Part shown: in pieces, positions 43,661 through 53,230 of the stretch
How the letters are laid out: the number at the start of each line of letters is the position of its first letter
Position numbering within the stretch: the first letter of the stretch is position 1
Assembly (NCBI GenBank): GCA_043810925.1
Contig: JBDRNT010000037.1
Span: 1 to 64,000, forward strand
DNA: 64,000 nucleotides
Direction: 5' to 3'
DNA from: Candidatus Eiseniibacteriota bacterium
Lineage (GTDB): Bacteria; Arandabacterota; Arandabacteria; Arandabacterales; Arandabacteraceae
Translations under genes and position numbers: made by a program
Notes under the pieces: generated by a model
Seen by the model: the letters and a program-made list of their open reading frames with translations, nothing else
Databases searched by the model: none
Told to the model about the DNA's origin: nothing

Positions 43661-44614
43661 ATGAAGCTGATCGACCTCTTCTTCCTCATACGGCCTGCCT
43701 TGCTCTGCGCATCATGTGTCTTCTTCTTCGCAGGTGCCGTGTCATCCGCCCGCTCGGGCACGGGTCCATACCCCTTCGGGTTTATGCTCAGGACGGTTCC
43801 GAACCTGATCCTCTTTGTGCTTGTGACCTCCTGGGCCTTTGTGATTAACCAGGTCACCGATGTTAAGAGCGACCGTGTCAACAAGAAGACTTACATCTTG
43901 CCGTCCGGGACGGTAACGATACGCGAAAGCCTTGTAGTCCTTGCACTCATCGGTGTGCTCGCCGTCATACTGAGCCTCCACCGTGATGCTGCTTTGCGCT
44001 ACCTCGTATGGACAGGTCTTGCACTCGGTCTTGCGTATTCGGTGCCGCCCCTGAGACTCAAAGGCCGGCCGGTCGGAGACCTTCTCGCGAACGTTGCAGC
44101 TTTCGGAGTCATCGGTTTCGCCATGGGCTGGCTTGTGTTTTCAGATATCGGGGTTGACCTGATGCTGCGATCCCTGCCCTACTCGCTGGCGATGGCTGCC
44201 ATCTTCCTGAACACATGCATTCCTGATGAGGCGGGGGACAGGGTTGCCGGTGACCGGACCTCGTGCGTTGTCTTCGGAAGGGTGGCCGCCGGCCGTGCGG
44301 CGGTTGTCTTGCTTGCGCTGTCCGCCGTCGCCGCGTTTGCCGTGGGTGAGACGCTCTGCGGGCTGGCAGTGCTCGGGAGTATGGCTGCTTTTGTCGCTGT
44401 AGCAGCCGAACCCACGTCTGAGAACTCGGTAATCGCAAGCCAGTTCAGCACCAGACTGCTCTTTGTCCTGGTGAGTGTGAAGGCCCCGCTGCTCGGGCTG
44501 CTCGGTGTAGCTTCGTATGCCGCCGCGAAGGTCTATTACGCGAAGCGCTTTGGACTCGATTATCCGAATCTCAAGGGTGCGCAGGGGGGAAGGTCACCTG
44601 GTTCGTCACGGTGA
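43661..44614 (+). CDS. UbiA superfamily prenyltransferase
   Basis: NQVTDVKSD (NxxxDxxxD), YSVPPLRLK, DEAGD; multiple TM helices. Confidence 0.85.
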   Translation: MKLIDLFFLIRPALLCASCVFFFAGAVSSARSGTGPYPFGFMLRTVPNLILFVLVTSWAFVINQVTDVKSDRVNKKTYILPSGTVTIRESLVVLALIGVLAVILSLHRDAALRYLVWTGLALGLAYSVPPLRLKGRPVGDLLANVAAFGVIGFAMGWLVFSDIGVDLMLRSLPYSLAMAAIFLNTCIPDEAGDRVAGDRTSCVVFGRVAAGRAAVVLLALSAVAAFAVGETLCGLAVLGSMAAFVAVAAEPTSENSVIASQFSTRLLFVLVSVKAPLLGLLGVASYAAAKVYYAKRFGLDYPNLKGAQGGRSPGSSR

Positions 44615-45667
44615 CAGGACGTATCGTTCCTCAGTCGGGAAGTACCTGTAGGCGTAAGGAGAACCGTATCTGCTGGTTATCTGTTCCTCGGTGAGGAGGC
44701 CCATCGTGACGAGTTCAGTGAGTTGCCCCGGGTACCTTCTGTGAAGATAATGGTAGGCATCCAGGGCGAAGTGAAGATTCTGGACTTCTCTTTGATCTGT
44801 GACCTCCTGGATGGTATTCCTGAGCTGTCTTATGGGTTGCTCGTCCGGAGCACCGGGGACAAGCCAGATGAACCGAAGTAGCGCGGCCACCGTGACTATC
44901 GCAACAGCGGTTATCAGAGACTGAAGCGCCGAGCGTTTCAGCAGGTGTCCCGGGCCCTCATGGTCGGCTTCAGAGATCGACACGATTCCCAGCGCGAACA
45001 ACCTCTCCAGAATGTCGAGCGTGTCAATCTCGTCGGTGTCGCTATCGTCTATGATCTCGTCTATTGTCCTTTTCCCGTTGACGAGCATCAAAACGCCTGC
45101 ATCAGCCTCCTCGAGCGGCAGTTCCGTGATGTCGGAGACCGCAACCTTGATCCTCGTGTCATAACCGGGTAGGAACCGTCTGATCTCTTCAACCTCATCC
45201 TTACGCCTCAGCGCCTCCATCAGGATGGCCTCAAGCCTCTGCGGCGTGACTATCGCTTTTTCCGGGAGCGAGTCGACAGAGGGGGCGAACTCGTAGGTCC
45301 CACTTTCCCACTTGACTACGGTCTCCAGAGTATAAGCTGCATAGGTGCCGAGGAGCTTGCCCAGTTTCTTCTCATCGACAATCTTGTGGCTGAGCAGTAT
45401 GTCAACCAGGTCACCGCTGGCGTCCTGCCTGATCTCGGTGATCCTGTTCAAGTCCTCCACGCCGATCGCACCTTTTTCCTGGAGATAGAAGAGGAATGGG
45501 TCCCGGGATCCCTGTCTTCGGTCCCTCGCAGACAGCACCTTTCCGGTATCGAAGAAGAGGACCGCACTCTTCCCCTTGCTCTTTATGCTGAGGAGGCCCG
45601 ATTTTTCCTGCATGCCGATCATCTGAAGGATTTCGGCGACGCTGAAGGTGCCTATTTCGCCTTTCAT
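44606..45667 (-). CDS. DUF4388 domain protein with C-terminal TM helix
   Basis: MKGEIGTFSVAEILQMIGMQEKSGLL, WESGTYEF, ILMEALRRKDE. Confidence 0.8.
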   Translation of the reverse strand: MKGEIGTFSVAEILQMIGMQEKSGLLSIKSKGKSAVLFFDTGKVLSARDRRQGSRDPFLFYLQEKGAIGVEDLNRITEIRQDASGDLVDILLSHKIVDEKKLGKLLGTYAAYTLETVVKWESGTYEFAPSVDSLPEKAIVTPQRLEAILMEALRRKDEVEEIRRFLPGYDTRIKVAVSDITELPLEEADAGVLMLVNGKRTIDEIIDDSDTDEIDTLDILERLFALGIVSISEADHEGPGHLLKRSALQSLITAVAIVTVAALLRFIWLVPGAPDEQPIRQLRNTIQEVTDQREVQNLHFALDAYHYLHRRYPGQLTELVTMGLLTEEQITSRYGSPYAYRYFPTEERYVLSP

Positions 45668-45676
45668 AAGAGCATC

Positions 45677-47413
45677 CTATGTTTCTCTTGCGCTTCGGAT
45701 CGCAGTCACAGTAGATCTCCAGGCATAGACCGCATAGGCCAGCACAAATGCAGGCAGCGCCCATCCGGTCAGAGGGTCGAGTCTGAGCTGCGGCACCGGC
45801 TTTATCACTGCACCTCCGGCGAGGGCGAGAATCATGAGGGAGAAAAGCCCGAAGGACACCATGAATCCCTTGAACCGCTTGCCCGAAAGGTGGTATGTGG
45901 TTCCGGGCACAAGGAGCCCGACCACCACGTTGAAACAGATCTTCATGAGTTTAAGCTTACCCAGCCGGCCGTTGAGTTCCTGCTCCAGTCTATCGTGATC
46001 GTTTGCACTGCGGGCCCTTATCCGGTGACAATTCGGACACAGGATGTCCTTTCTTCTCCTCTTGGTAACACGGGTCAGAACGGAGCATCCACACACTTCA
46101 CATCTGGCCGGGCAGTCGGCACGTCTCATCGCAACGAACGCGGCTCCCGCCAGGACGACCATTATCAGAGTGCCCGTCAGACCGGACTCAACAGGATGGT
46201 AGTCGATGCCGACAACACGCCGGTCGGCGCTGAGAGCCAGCTGCCAGAGCACCCTGGCCTGGAGGTTCATCGGAACAAGGCGTGCACCGCTTTCCTCGGT
46301 CATGAGAGTCCTGGTCAGGTCGAAATCCAGAAGCGATGCTTTGGCGAGTTCCTGCTGTGCCTGCTCGTAGTGGAGCAGCTCATTCAGGGTTTGCGAGTAG
46401 TTGTAATGGATCACGGCCTCCCGCGGGCTCAGCACAACAGCCCGCTCGAACTTCTGCCTGGCCGTGTCAAACCAGCCAAGCCCGTGAAAAGCCACGCCGA
46501 GGTTGTTGAGGATTGCGGCGTTGTCGGGATCGGACTTCAATGCGACTTCCAGATGCTCGATGGCACGCATGTAGTTGCCCGCCATCACATACCGAAAACC
46601 CTGCATGAACTCATTCACAGCATCGGGTTCGGTCACTGTCGACTCTGCTTCAAGGATACTCTCCAGCTCTTTCCGCCCCAGTCTGTCCGCAAGCGAGGCA
46701 AGCCTGAGTGGCGAATCAGGGTGCTGGGTCGACACGACAAGTGTGGTGGCGTCGAGCATGACTCCAAGCAGGATGAGGAACACGAAGAAGCTTACGACCG
46801 TCCGCTTCTCTGAAACGCTGGCAAACCTCCACAGCAGTCCGCACCCGATAACCGCGGTCCAGGTGATGATTCCCATCACGCTTCGACCCGAGAGGAGCAC
46901 AAAGAATGCGGACAGGCAGGCGATGATGACCATCGCCGGGTAGCGGCCTCTCAGAACAGGCGGTATGCTCAATACCGTTGACAGCCACACGGTCCTTGAA
47001 TGCCTGACTACTATTACCATCACTGCTATATAGATACCGGCCCCTGCCGCAAGCAGGGCGATCACCATCAGGTTTGAGACAACCAGGGACTGGTAGAAGA
47101 AGTCGCTTATCAGTAGCTGCAGACCGGTTGCGAACTCGAGGAAGGCATCCATGGGCGATCTCTTGAGATACACCCTGGCAAGTGCGAAGTGGGGTGAGGG
47201 AGAGGTCCGCATGTAACTGGATGCCTTAAGATAAGACTCAGTCGCAAGGTCTTCCCGGCCCTCGCGGAGATGTTGATCGCCCTTCCACACATAGAGCTCG
47301 GACACAACGAGGGAGGGGCCGGAGGTATCCTCCGGCAGTCCATCGTCAGCCAAGCACATCGCCGGCCACAGGACGGTGATGGCGGCGAAAACCAGTAGCA
47401 GCCTAGTCAACAA
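45677..47413 (-). CDS. Multi-pass membrane protein with TPR repeats and a CxxC..CxxC zinc ribbon
   Basis: AILNNLGVAF, IHYNYSQTL TPRs; CEVC...CPNC; signal-like N-terminus. Confidence 0.75.
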   Translation of the reverse strand: MLTRLLLVFAAITVLWPAMCLADDGLPEDTSGPSLVVSELYVWKGDQHLREGREDLATESYLKASSYMRTSPSPHFALARVYLKRSPMDAFLEFATGLQLLISDFFYQSLVVSNLMVIALLAAGAGIYIAVMVIVVRHSRTVWLSTVLSIPPVLRGRYPAMVIIACLSAFFVLLSGRSVMGIITWTAVIGCGLLWRFASVSEKRTVVSFFVFLILLGVMLDATTLVVSTQHPDSPLRLASLADRLGRKELESILEAESTVTEPDAVNEFMQGFRYVMAGNYMRAIEHLEVALKSDPDNAAILNNLGVAFHGLGWFDTARQKFERAVVLSPREAVIHYNYSQTLNELLHYEQAQQELAKASLLDFDLTRTLMTEESGARLVPMNLQARVLWQLALSADRRVVGIDYHPVESGLTGTLIMVVLAGAAFVAMRRADCPARCEVCGCSVLTRVTKRRRKDILCPNCHRIRARSANDHDRLEQELNGRLGKLKLMKICFNVVVGLLVPGTTYHLSGKRFKGFMVSFGLFSLMILALAGGAVIKPVPQLRLDPLTGWALPAFVLAYAVYAWRSTVTAIRSARET

Positions 47414-47570
47414 CTGTCACCCTCTTTATGCTCCTGTACGAGTTTTCCGGCCTGTTCTGACACTACAGCCTATCTAATCTGATCTTCGGCAGACTTCCGG
47501 GCCTGCTTGAGCAACCGGGTCATAATGTTTGCTGATAATAGGGAATCTTTGCGGTTGTGGACGTTTTGGG

Positions 47571-47600
47571 TTGACATGGGGCGGCCCACGTCCTTAACTT
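47571..47600 (+). promoter_or_regulatory. Sigma70 promoter TTGACA-N18-TAACTT
   Basis: Upstream of the Na/Pi cotransporter. Confidence 0.5.
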
Positions 47601-47627
47601 TAAAGGTTAAATATAAAGTAAGGGCAG

Positions 47628-49688
47628 ATGCGCATGTATTCTACCAAGAGTGCTTGGGTCGTTGTTGCCGCCTGTGTGCTGCTTTCGGGTCTGTGCTCGT
47701 CGGCATGCTTTTCGGCAACGACCGTCCATCTCACCTATGCCAAAGGCATAGACGGCGAGGACATATCCGGCAACAGCCAGATCGGCATCGCCGAAGCCTA
47801 CCTGGCACGGCCCATCAGGGTCCAGGTCACCGATGAAAACGGAGAGCCCCTGGGCGGGGTCGCCGTCGAATTCAAACTGGTCGAGGAAGAGAGCAAGTTC
47901 AAGGCGGCCGGCGGCTTGCCGGAGGTTATGGCCCCCCTGGTCGAGAGCGGTCCATCGGGGATTGCAAGCACGACCCTCAGGTTCGGTTCACGTCAGGGCA
48001 CATTTCACGTGCTCTGTTCGCCCCGGTCTCGTGAAGGGGATTTCATCATCTTCACTGTTAAGGCGTACAGGAGCCACTGGCTGGCCTTCATGCTTCTCGG
48101 GATCGTCGGCGGGCTTGCCCTCTTCCTGTTCGGCATCAAGTTCGGGGGCAGGGGGCTTCAGAAGGCCGCCGGGAAGAGGCTGCGGGACGCCGTATGCAAA
48201 CTGACCGCGAACAGGTTCCTCGGACTGCTCACGGGGATAGTGGTCACCGTCATAATCCAGAGCAGCAGCGCAACCACAGCCATGATGGTGAGTTTCGCCA
48301 ATGCGGGGATCATAGTCCTGAAGCAGTCGCTCGGTGTAATCCTTGGGTCCGACATAGGTACCACTCTGACGGTTCAGCTGATAGCCTTCAGGATCTTCGA
48401 CTACGCGCTTCTGATCGTTGCCATCGGCTTCGTGCTGTTCGTAGCAGGTACACAGCGCTACTCGCGGTTGGGGCAGATAGTCATGGGGTTCGGACTTCTC
48501 TTCTTCGGCATGAGCATAATGTCCGGGGCCGTTGAACCGGCCAAAGACCATCCCACGTTCATCAGTTTCATGCTGGGTGTGGAACGCAACCCGGTGCTGG
48601 CCATAGTCTTCTCCGCGATATTCACGGCCATTATACAGGGTAGTGCGGCCACGATCGGACTTGTGCTCACATTTGCGTTCCAGGGTGTGATCAACCTGGA
48701 AACGGCCATCCCGCTTGTTCTCGGCGCAAATGTGGGAACATGTGCCACGGCCCTGCTTGCCAGTCTGGGGAGCAGCGCGGAAGGCAAGCGAATCGCCTGG
48801 GCACACATCTTCTTCAAGTTGGTTGCGGTGCTTCTCCTTATTCCTTTCCTCGGTCCCTTCGCCAGGTTTGTAGCCGGCACCGCACCCAGTCTCACCCGCC
48901 AGATAGCAAACGCACACAGTTTCTTCAACATAGGTGCCGCGCTGGTCTTCATCCCCTTTGTCAAACCCTGGGCGTGGCTCTTCAGGTTCCTTGTGAAGGA
49001 AGAAGAGGTGTCCTTCAAAGCCTTCAAACCGGTGTATCTGGACCAGCGGGTGCTTGATACGCCGTCCCTTGCGCTTGGTCAGGCGACCAGGGAGACCCTG
49101 AGGATGGCCGATATCACCTACAACATCTTCTCAAAGTCCATAGATGTCTTTATGAAGGACGACGAAGCCCTGAGAAAGAAATTGATCGAGGATGATGACA
49201 AGATAGACACCCTCGACGAGGCCATTACCCCTTATCTTACAGTCCTTTCCCAGAAAGAGATGTCGGATGAGGAGGCCGAGAGGGCGGTCTCGCTGCTTTT
49301 TATAGTCAAGAACCTCGAGCTCATAGGCGATATGGTCTCAAAGAGTCTCATGGACCTTGCATTGAAGAAGATAACCGTATCTCCGAGGTTCTCGAGCGAA
49401 GCGCTCGAGAGGATTGAGCAATACCATGATGAGATCGAGAAGACATTCCAGATGGCCATTGATTCGTTTGCGTCACAGGATAAGAAACTTGCTGAGGAAG
49501 TCGTGGAACGCAAGACCGAAATGAATCTGCTTGAACGGCAGTTGCATAAGGAACATCTCTCACTGCTGCACGGTAGCAGGGAAGAGGTCGTTGAGACAAG
49601 TACCGTCTATCTCGATGTCATAAGCGACCTCAAGAGAATAAACTCATACGCTTCTGGAATAGCCTACGCGGTTCTTGGAAAGCTATGA
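47628..49688 (+). CDS. Na/Pi cotransporter family protein with N-terminal Ig-like domain and C-terminal PhoU-like domain
   Basis: QSSSATT, GSDIGTT, QGSAAT, GANVGT repeats; DLKRINS at the C-terminus. Confidence 0.9.
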   Translation: MRMYSTKSAWVVVAACVLLSGLCSSACFSATTVHLTYAKGIDGEDISGNSQIGIAEAYLARPIRVQVTDENGEPLGGVAVEFKLVEEESKFKAAGGLPEVMAPLVESGPSGIASTTLRFGSRQGTFHVLCSPRSREGDFIIFTVKAYRSHWLAFMLLGIVGGLALFLFGIKFGGRGLQKAAGKRLRDAVCKLTANRFLGLLTGIVVTVIIQSSSATTAMMVSFANAGIIVLKQSLGVILGSDIGTTLTVQLIAFRIFDYALLIVAIGFVLFVAGTQRYSRLGQIVMGFGLLFFGMSIMSGAVEPAKDHPTFISFMLGVERNPVLAIVFSAIFTAIIQGSAATIGLVLTFAFQGVINLETAIPLVLGANVGTCATALLASLGSSAEGKRIAWAHIFFKLVAVLLLIPFLGPFARFVAGTAPSLTRQIANAHSFFNIGAALVFIPFVKPWAWLFRFLVKEEEVSFKAFKPVYLDQRVLDTPSLALGQATRETLRMADITYNIFSKSIDVFMKDDEALRKKLIEDDDKIDTLDEAITPYLTVLSQKEMSDEEAERAVSLLFIVKNLELIGDMVSKSLMDLALKKITVSPRFSSEALERIEQYHDEIEKTFQMAIDSFASQDKKLAEEVVERKTEMNLLERQLHKEHLSLLHGSREEVVETSTVYLDVISDLKRINSYASGIAYAVLGKL

Positions 49689-49698
49689 TTGAGAAGGG

Positions 49699-50394
49699 GT
49701 GATGACGGTGGCTGCAAAACATTTCGCGGTGATGGGTCTTGGGAGGTTCGGGTACACCGTTGCGACTCATCTTGCCAGGGGCGGGGCTGATGTCATTGCA
49801 GTCGACACAGACCAGAACATCATCAATGAGGTCAGCAACCTGGTACCCGTGGCAATCTGTATGAACTCCGCCGACAGGGAGAACCTGCTCGGGCACGGTA
49901 TCGACAAAGTTGATGCAGCAGTGGTGGCGATAGGACAGAACTTCGAGGCGAATCTGCTTACCACGGCAATGCTGAAGGACATCGGTGTCAGCAAGGTTAT
50001 AGCAAGAGCCGGCAATGACGTGCAGAAGCGAATCCTCGAGTTGATCGGTGCCGACCAGGTGATTTTCCCGGAGGATGCCATCGGCGTCCGGGTCGCGCAG
50101 AGCCTGATGAGCTCGAGGATAGTGGATATAACCTCACTGTTCGAAGGTCTGAGCGTCGCGGAGGTGGTCGTGTCGAAAGAGATCGTCGGCAAGAAGATCG
50201 GCGAGATCAAGTTCAGGCAGAAGTACGGGTGCAATATCGTTGTGATCAAGCGAAAGACCGATCAGTCTGATTTGAAGGGAGAGTCTCCGCGGTACAACGT
50301 GCTGCCGGAACCGGACGACGAAATCAAGGTCGGTGACATCCTGGTGGTCGTCGGCGCCGAAAAGGATATAGAGCGTTTCGCCAGCTCAATGTAA
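49699..50394 (+). CDS. TrkA/KtrA potassium uptake regulatory subunit
   Basis: GLGRFG Rossmann motif, VVAIG, IGADQVIFPE; RCK-C domain. Confidence 0.92.
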   Translation: MMTVAAKHFAVMGLGRFGYTVATHLARGGADVIAVDTDQNIINEVSNLVPVAICMNSADRENLLGHGIDKVDAAVVAIGQNFEANLLTTAMLKDIGVSKVIARAGNDVQKRILELIGADQVIFPEDAIGVRVAQSLMSSRIVDITSLFEGLSVAEVVVSKEIVGKKIGEIKFRQKYGCNIVVIKRKTDQSDLKGESPRYNVLPEPDDEIKVGDILVVVGAEKDIERFASSM

Positions 50395-50445
50395 CCGGGC
50401 TGCCAAAGAACCACTGTTCTTGAAAAGCCCGCGATAGAGGTGAAT

Positions 50446-50477
50446 AAAGGGGGAGTCGTCCGTGGCTCCCCCTTTTT
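50446..50477. terminator. Probable bidirectional intrinsic terminator
   Basis: AAAGGGGGAGTC...GGCTCCCCCTTTTT between convergent genes. Confidence 0.8.
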
Positions 50478-50484
50478 CCCGGTA

Positions 50485-50931
50485 CTACGACACCTGGATC
50501 GGTATCTCCTTTGGTTTCTTCGCTTCGATTCTCGGCATCTCGACCTTGAGGACCCCGTCCTTAAACGTCGCCTTCACCTTGGCTGCGTCGACCTCCGCAG
50601 GAAGGCTTACACTCCGCTTAAAGAAACCGTAGCTCCTCTCGATCCTGCATGAGTCTTCACCATCATCGGTCTTCTCTTGCTTCTTCTCACCGCTGACCGT
50701 CAGAACATCGTCCTTGACGCTGACCTTGATGTCTTCCTTGTTCATTCCAGGAAGCTCAAGCGACACGGTGACGTCCTTCTCGCCCTCCGACATGTCCATC
50801 GGTGGTAACCAATCGCCCTCGTGGCCGTCGTCCGGTCCTGTCATTCTCCCGTACATGTCCTCGAGAAGACTGTCCATCTGGTCACGGAAACTCACCACAT
50901 TCCTCATTGGTGTCCATCTGATAAGCCTCAT
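50485..50931 (-). CDS. Hsp20/alpha-crystallin small heat shock protein
   Basis: ELPGM.KEDI, ERSYGFFKRS, ATFKDGVL; SD AGGAGG. Confidence 0.96.
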   Translation of the reverse strand: MRLIRWTPMRNVVSFRDQMDSLLEDMYGRMTGPDDGHEGDWLPPMDMSEGEKDVTVSLELPGMNKEDIKVSVKDDVLTVSGEKKQEKTDDGEDSCRIERSYGFFKRSVSLPAEVDAAKVKATFKDGVLKVEMPRIEAKKPKEIPIQVS

Positions 50932-50970
50932 CTCCTAAACCTCCTTTTCGGGTTCCTGCACAGGGTAATT

Positions 50971-50985
50971 GCAATGGGTGTGCCA
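50971..50985 (-). promoter_or_regulatory. Sigma54 promoter TGGCACACCCATTGC for hsp20
   Basis: TGGCAC-N5-TTGC on the minus strand, 40 bp upstream of the ATG. Confidence 0.85.
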
Positions 50986-51280
50986 AGCATCTTAATTAAG
51001 CGCGAAGTCGCTAAGAAGCCTGCAATTACGGCACTTGTGGAATCCCGGGTCATTGGTTGCACCGGATAAGTACGTGCCATTATGACCCTGCTCTGCCGAA
51101 CGTGCCTGCTCAACAGGCAGGCACTGCCATAATGGCAAATAGGCCCCCGGGAAACAGCCGGCCAGGACTGCCCTATATGGAGATTTGCAGAAAAATCGGT
51201 CTGCCGGTAAAAAAACACTTGACTTAATGATAGGATAGCCGATATGTTAGCGACACTTAACTTTTTGTTTATGTACATGG

Positions 51281-51844
51281 ATGGAGCAAATGAACATTGG
51301 CAAGCACATAAGGGAGTTGCGGCAGGCAAACCAGCTGACGCAATCGGAGCTCGCCAGAAGGGCGGGACTTACAACGGGTTTCATCTCTCTTCTGGAGCGT
51401 GACAAGAGTTCGGTGTCACTTGAGACGCTTGTTCAGGTTCTGAACGTGTTCGGTGAAAGCCTAACGACCTTCTTCTCCGAGGACGTGCAGATGCCGTTTG
51501 TTTTTAAAAAGAAGGACAGGATCACACTTCATGATGAGGGCGGCGAGAAGCACGAGCTGCTGATACCGAGCTCGGTAACAATGGAAATGGAGTCTTCTCT
51601 CGTCGAACTCAGACCCGGGAAGAAGATCGGACCGGACAGTCCCCACATAGGTGAGGAGTTTGGATATGTGATTCAGGGCCGGGTGCTTGTGACGTTGGGA
51701 AAGCGATCGGCAACTGCCAGGGCCGGCGAATGTTTCAGCTATCTGGCGGACAAGGAGCACTCAATCGTAAACCGCGGGGTTTCGGTGGCGAAGATTCTCA
51801 TTGTGAAGTGGCCGCCGCAGCTGCCGCGGATGGGAGGTGTGTAG
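51281..51844 (+). CDS. XRE HTH-cupin transcriptional regulator (PuuR-like)
   Basis: IRELRQ..LTQSELA..GFISLLERD; H.GEEFGYV cupin; promoter TTGACT-N18-TATGTT at 51219-51248; start 51281 or 51290. Confidence 0.88.
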   Translation: MEQMNIGKHIRELRQANQLTQSELARRAGLTTGFISLLERDKSSVSLETLVQVLNVFGESLTTFFSEDVQMPFVFKKKDRITLHDEGGEKHELLIPSSVTMEMESSLVELRPGKKIGPDSPHIGEEFGYVIQGRVLVTLGKRSATARAGECFSYLADKEHSIVNRGVSVAKILIVKWPPQLPRMGGV

Positions 51845-51971
51845 TCTGGATGGTATGGGCGCCGGCCGGATGATACGGCCGGGTTGGAGTAGAACTGTAA
51901 CGTGTAGTGCGTCCGGAGGGTGGCCTCACGGATTACGGTACCGTCCGCGGCGCATGACAGGTGGGAGAGCG

Positions 51972-53198
51972 ATGATCAATCGAGCAGATGTATCAGTGTC
52001 CGCGGCTCCACGGGGCTTCCTTGCACAGCCCGTTGTTGACTTCGATCAGGCCAGAGAATTGGCTCGTTGGTGGTCAACGCCACTTTTGGTTCTATCCCCG
52101 GGAAAATTGAGAGAGAACGTGGAGGTTCTCCGTAGTGGGCTTCCCGGCATAAAGATCTACTACGCGATGAAATCCAATCCCAGCCCCGAGATTCTCGGGC
52201 TGCTGAATGGTTTGGTGGATGGAATCGACGTAGCTTCATCCGGTGAGGTTTCAATCGCGCAACAGGCCGGTTTCAGCGTCGATAGCATGATTCACAGCCA
52301 TCCGGTCAAGCGAGAAACAGACATCCAGGAGAGCGTGCGTTTGGGCATCAGCCAGTTCGTGTTCGATAACGCTGATGAGATACCCAAACTGGCACAGCAT
52401 GCGCCGGGCTGCGATCTGTTGCTCCGGGTGGCCATAAAGAACGGCAGCTGCGTTGTCGACCTCTCGTCCAAGTTCGGAGCATCCCGAGACGATGTGATTT
52501 CTTTGCTTCTCCAGGCATATCGGTCGGGTCTGAATGTAAGAGGTATAGCATTCCATGTGGGGTCGCAGAGCCGGAACCCGCAGGTATACGCCCGTGCCCT
52601 GAAGCTGGTTGGCGGGATATTTGAGAAGGCTTGGGAGCTCGGCCTTCAACTGGATACGCTTGATATTGGTGGTGGGTTTCCGGTCTCCTACCGGGAGTCC
52701 ATGCCCAGCGTGACCGAGTTCTGTAAGGTTGTCTCGGCGGGGTGTCGCAATCTCCAGAAGGCGGGTGTGACCGTACTCTGTGAGCCCGGTCGCAGCATCT
52801 CCGGTGATTCCGCGACGCTGATAACCCGTGTGACCGGACGCGCGCGGAGGGGAGGTATTCCCTGGTTCTATATAGATGACGGTGTCTACGGCGCGTTTTC
52901 AGGCAGGCTCTTTGACCACTGCGACTACCGTCTGATCTCAGATCGGAGAGGGCGCAAGGCCAAGTGTGTAGTCGCCGGTCCCACCTGCGATTCCATTGAC
53001 GTCGTCTCGAGAGACCAGGTTCTCCCAGGTCTTGACATAGGCGATCTCCTTTTGGTTCCAGGGATGGGGGCCTATACGAACGCAAGCGCAACGTCCTTTA
53101 ACGGATTCGCGCCGCCTCCCCTGATCGTACTCGACGATCATATGATGGGGATTCGAAACACGCGGATTGATGTTGCACGCCGTGTCGCAGTCGGTTAG
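51972..53198 (+). CDS. Fold-type III PLP decarboxylase (ornithine/lysine decarboxylase)
   Basis: YAMKSN, FHVGSQ, DIGGGF, EPGR, DGVYG, GPTCDSID, GAY, FNGF. Confidence 0.9.
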   Translation: MINRADVSVSAAPRGFLAQPVVDFDQARELARWWSTPLLVLSPGKLRENVEVLRSGLPGIKIYYAMKSNPSPEILGLLNGLVDGIDVASSGEVSIAQQAGFSVDSMIHSHPVKRETDIQESVRLGISQFVFDNADEIPKLAQHAPGCDLLLRVAIKNGSCVVDLSSKFGASRDDVISLLLQAYRSGLNVRGIAFHVGSQSRNPQVYARALKLVGGIFEKAWELGLQLDTLDIGGGFPVSYRESMPSVTEFCKVVSAGCRNLQKAGVTVLCEPGRSISGDSATLITRVTGRARRGGIPWFYIDDGVYGAFSGRLFDHCDYRLISDRRGRKAKCVVAGPTCDSIDVVSRDQVLPGLDIGDLLLVPGMGAYTNASATSFNGFAPPPLIVLDDHMMGIRNTRIDVARRVAVG

Positions 53199-53230
53199 AT
53201 CGGGTTGAATGTTGGGATTGGAAAGGTTGG

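Noticed and set aside
51837-51971. 45-aa N-terminal extension of the decarboxylase
   Set aside because: No family resemblance; an SD-like GGGAG precedes ATG 51972
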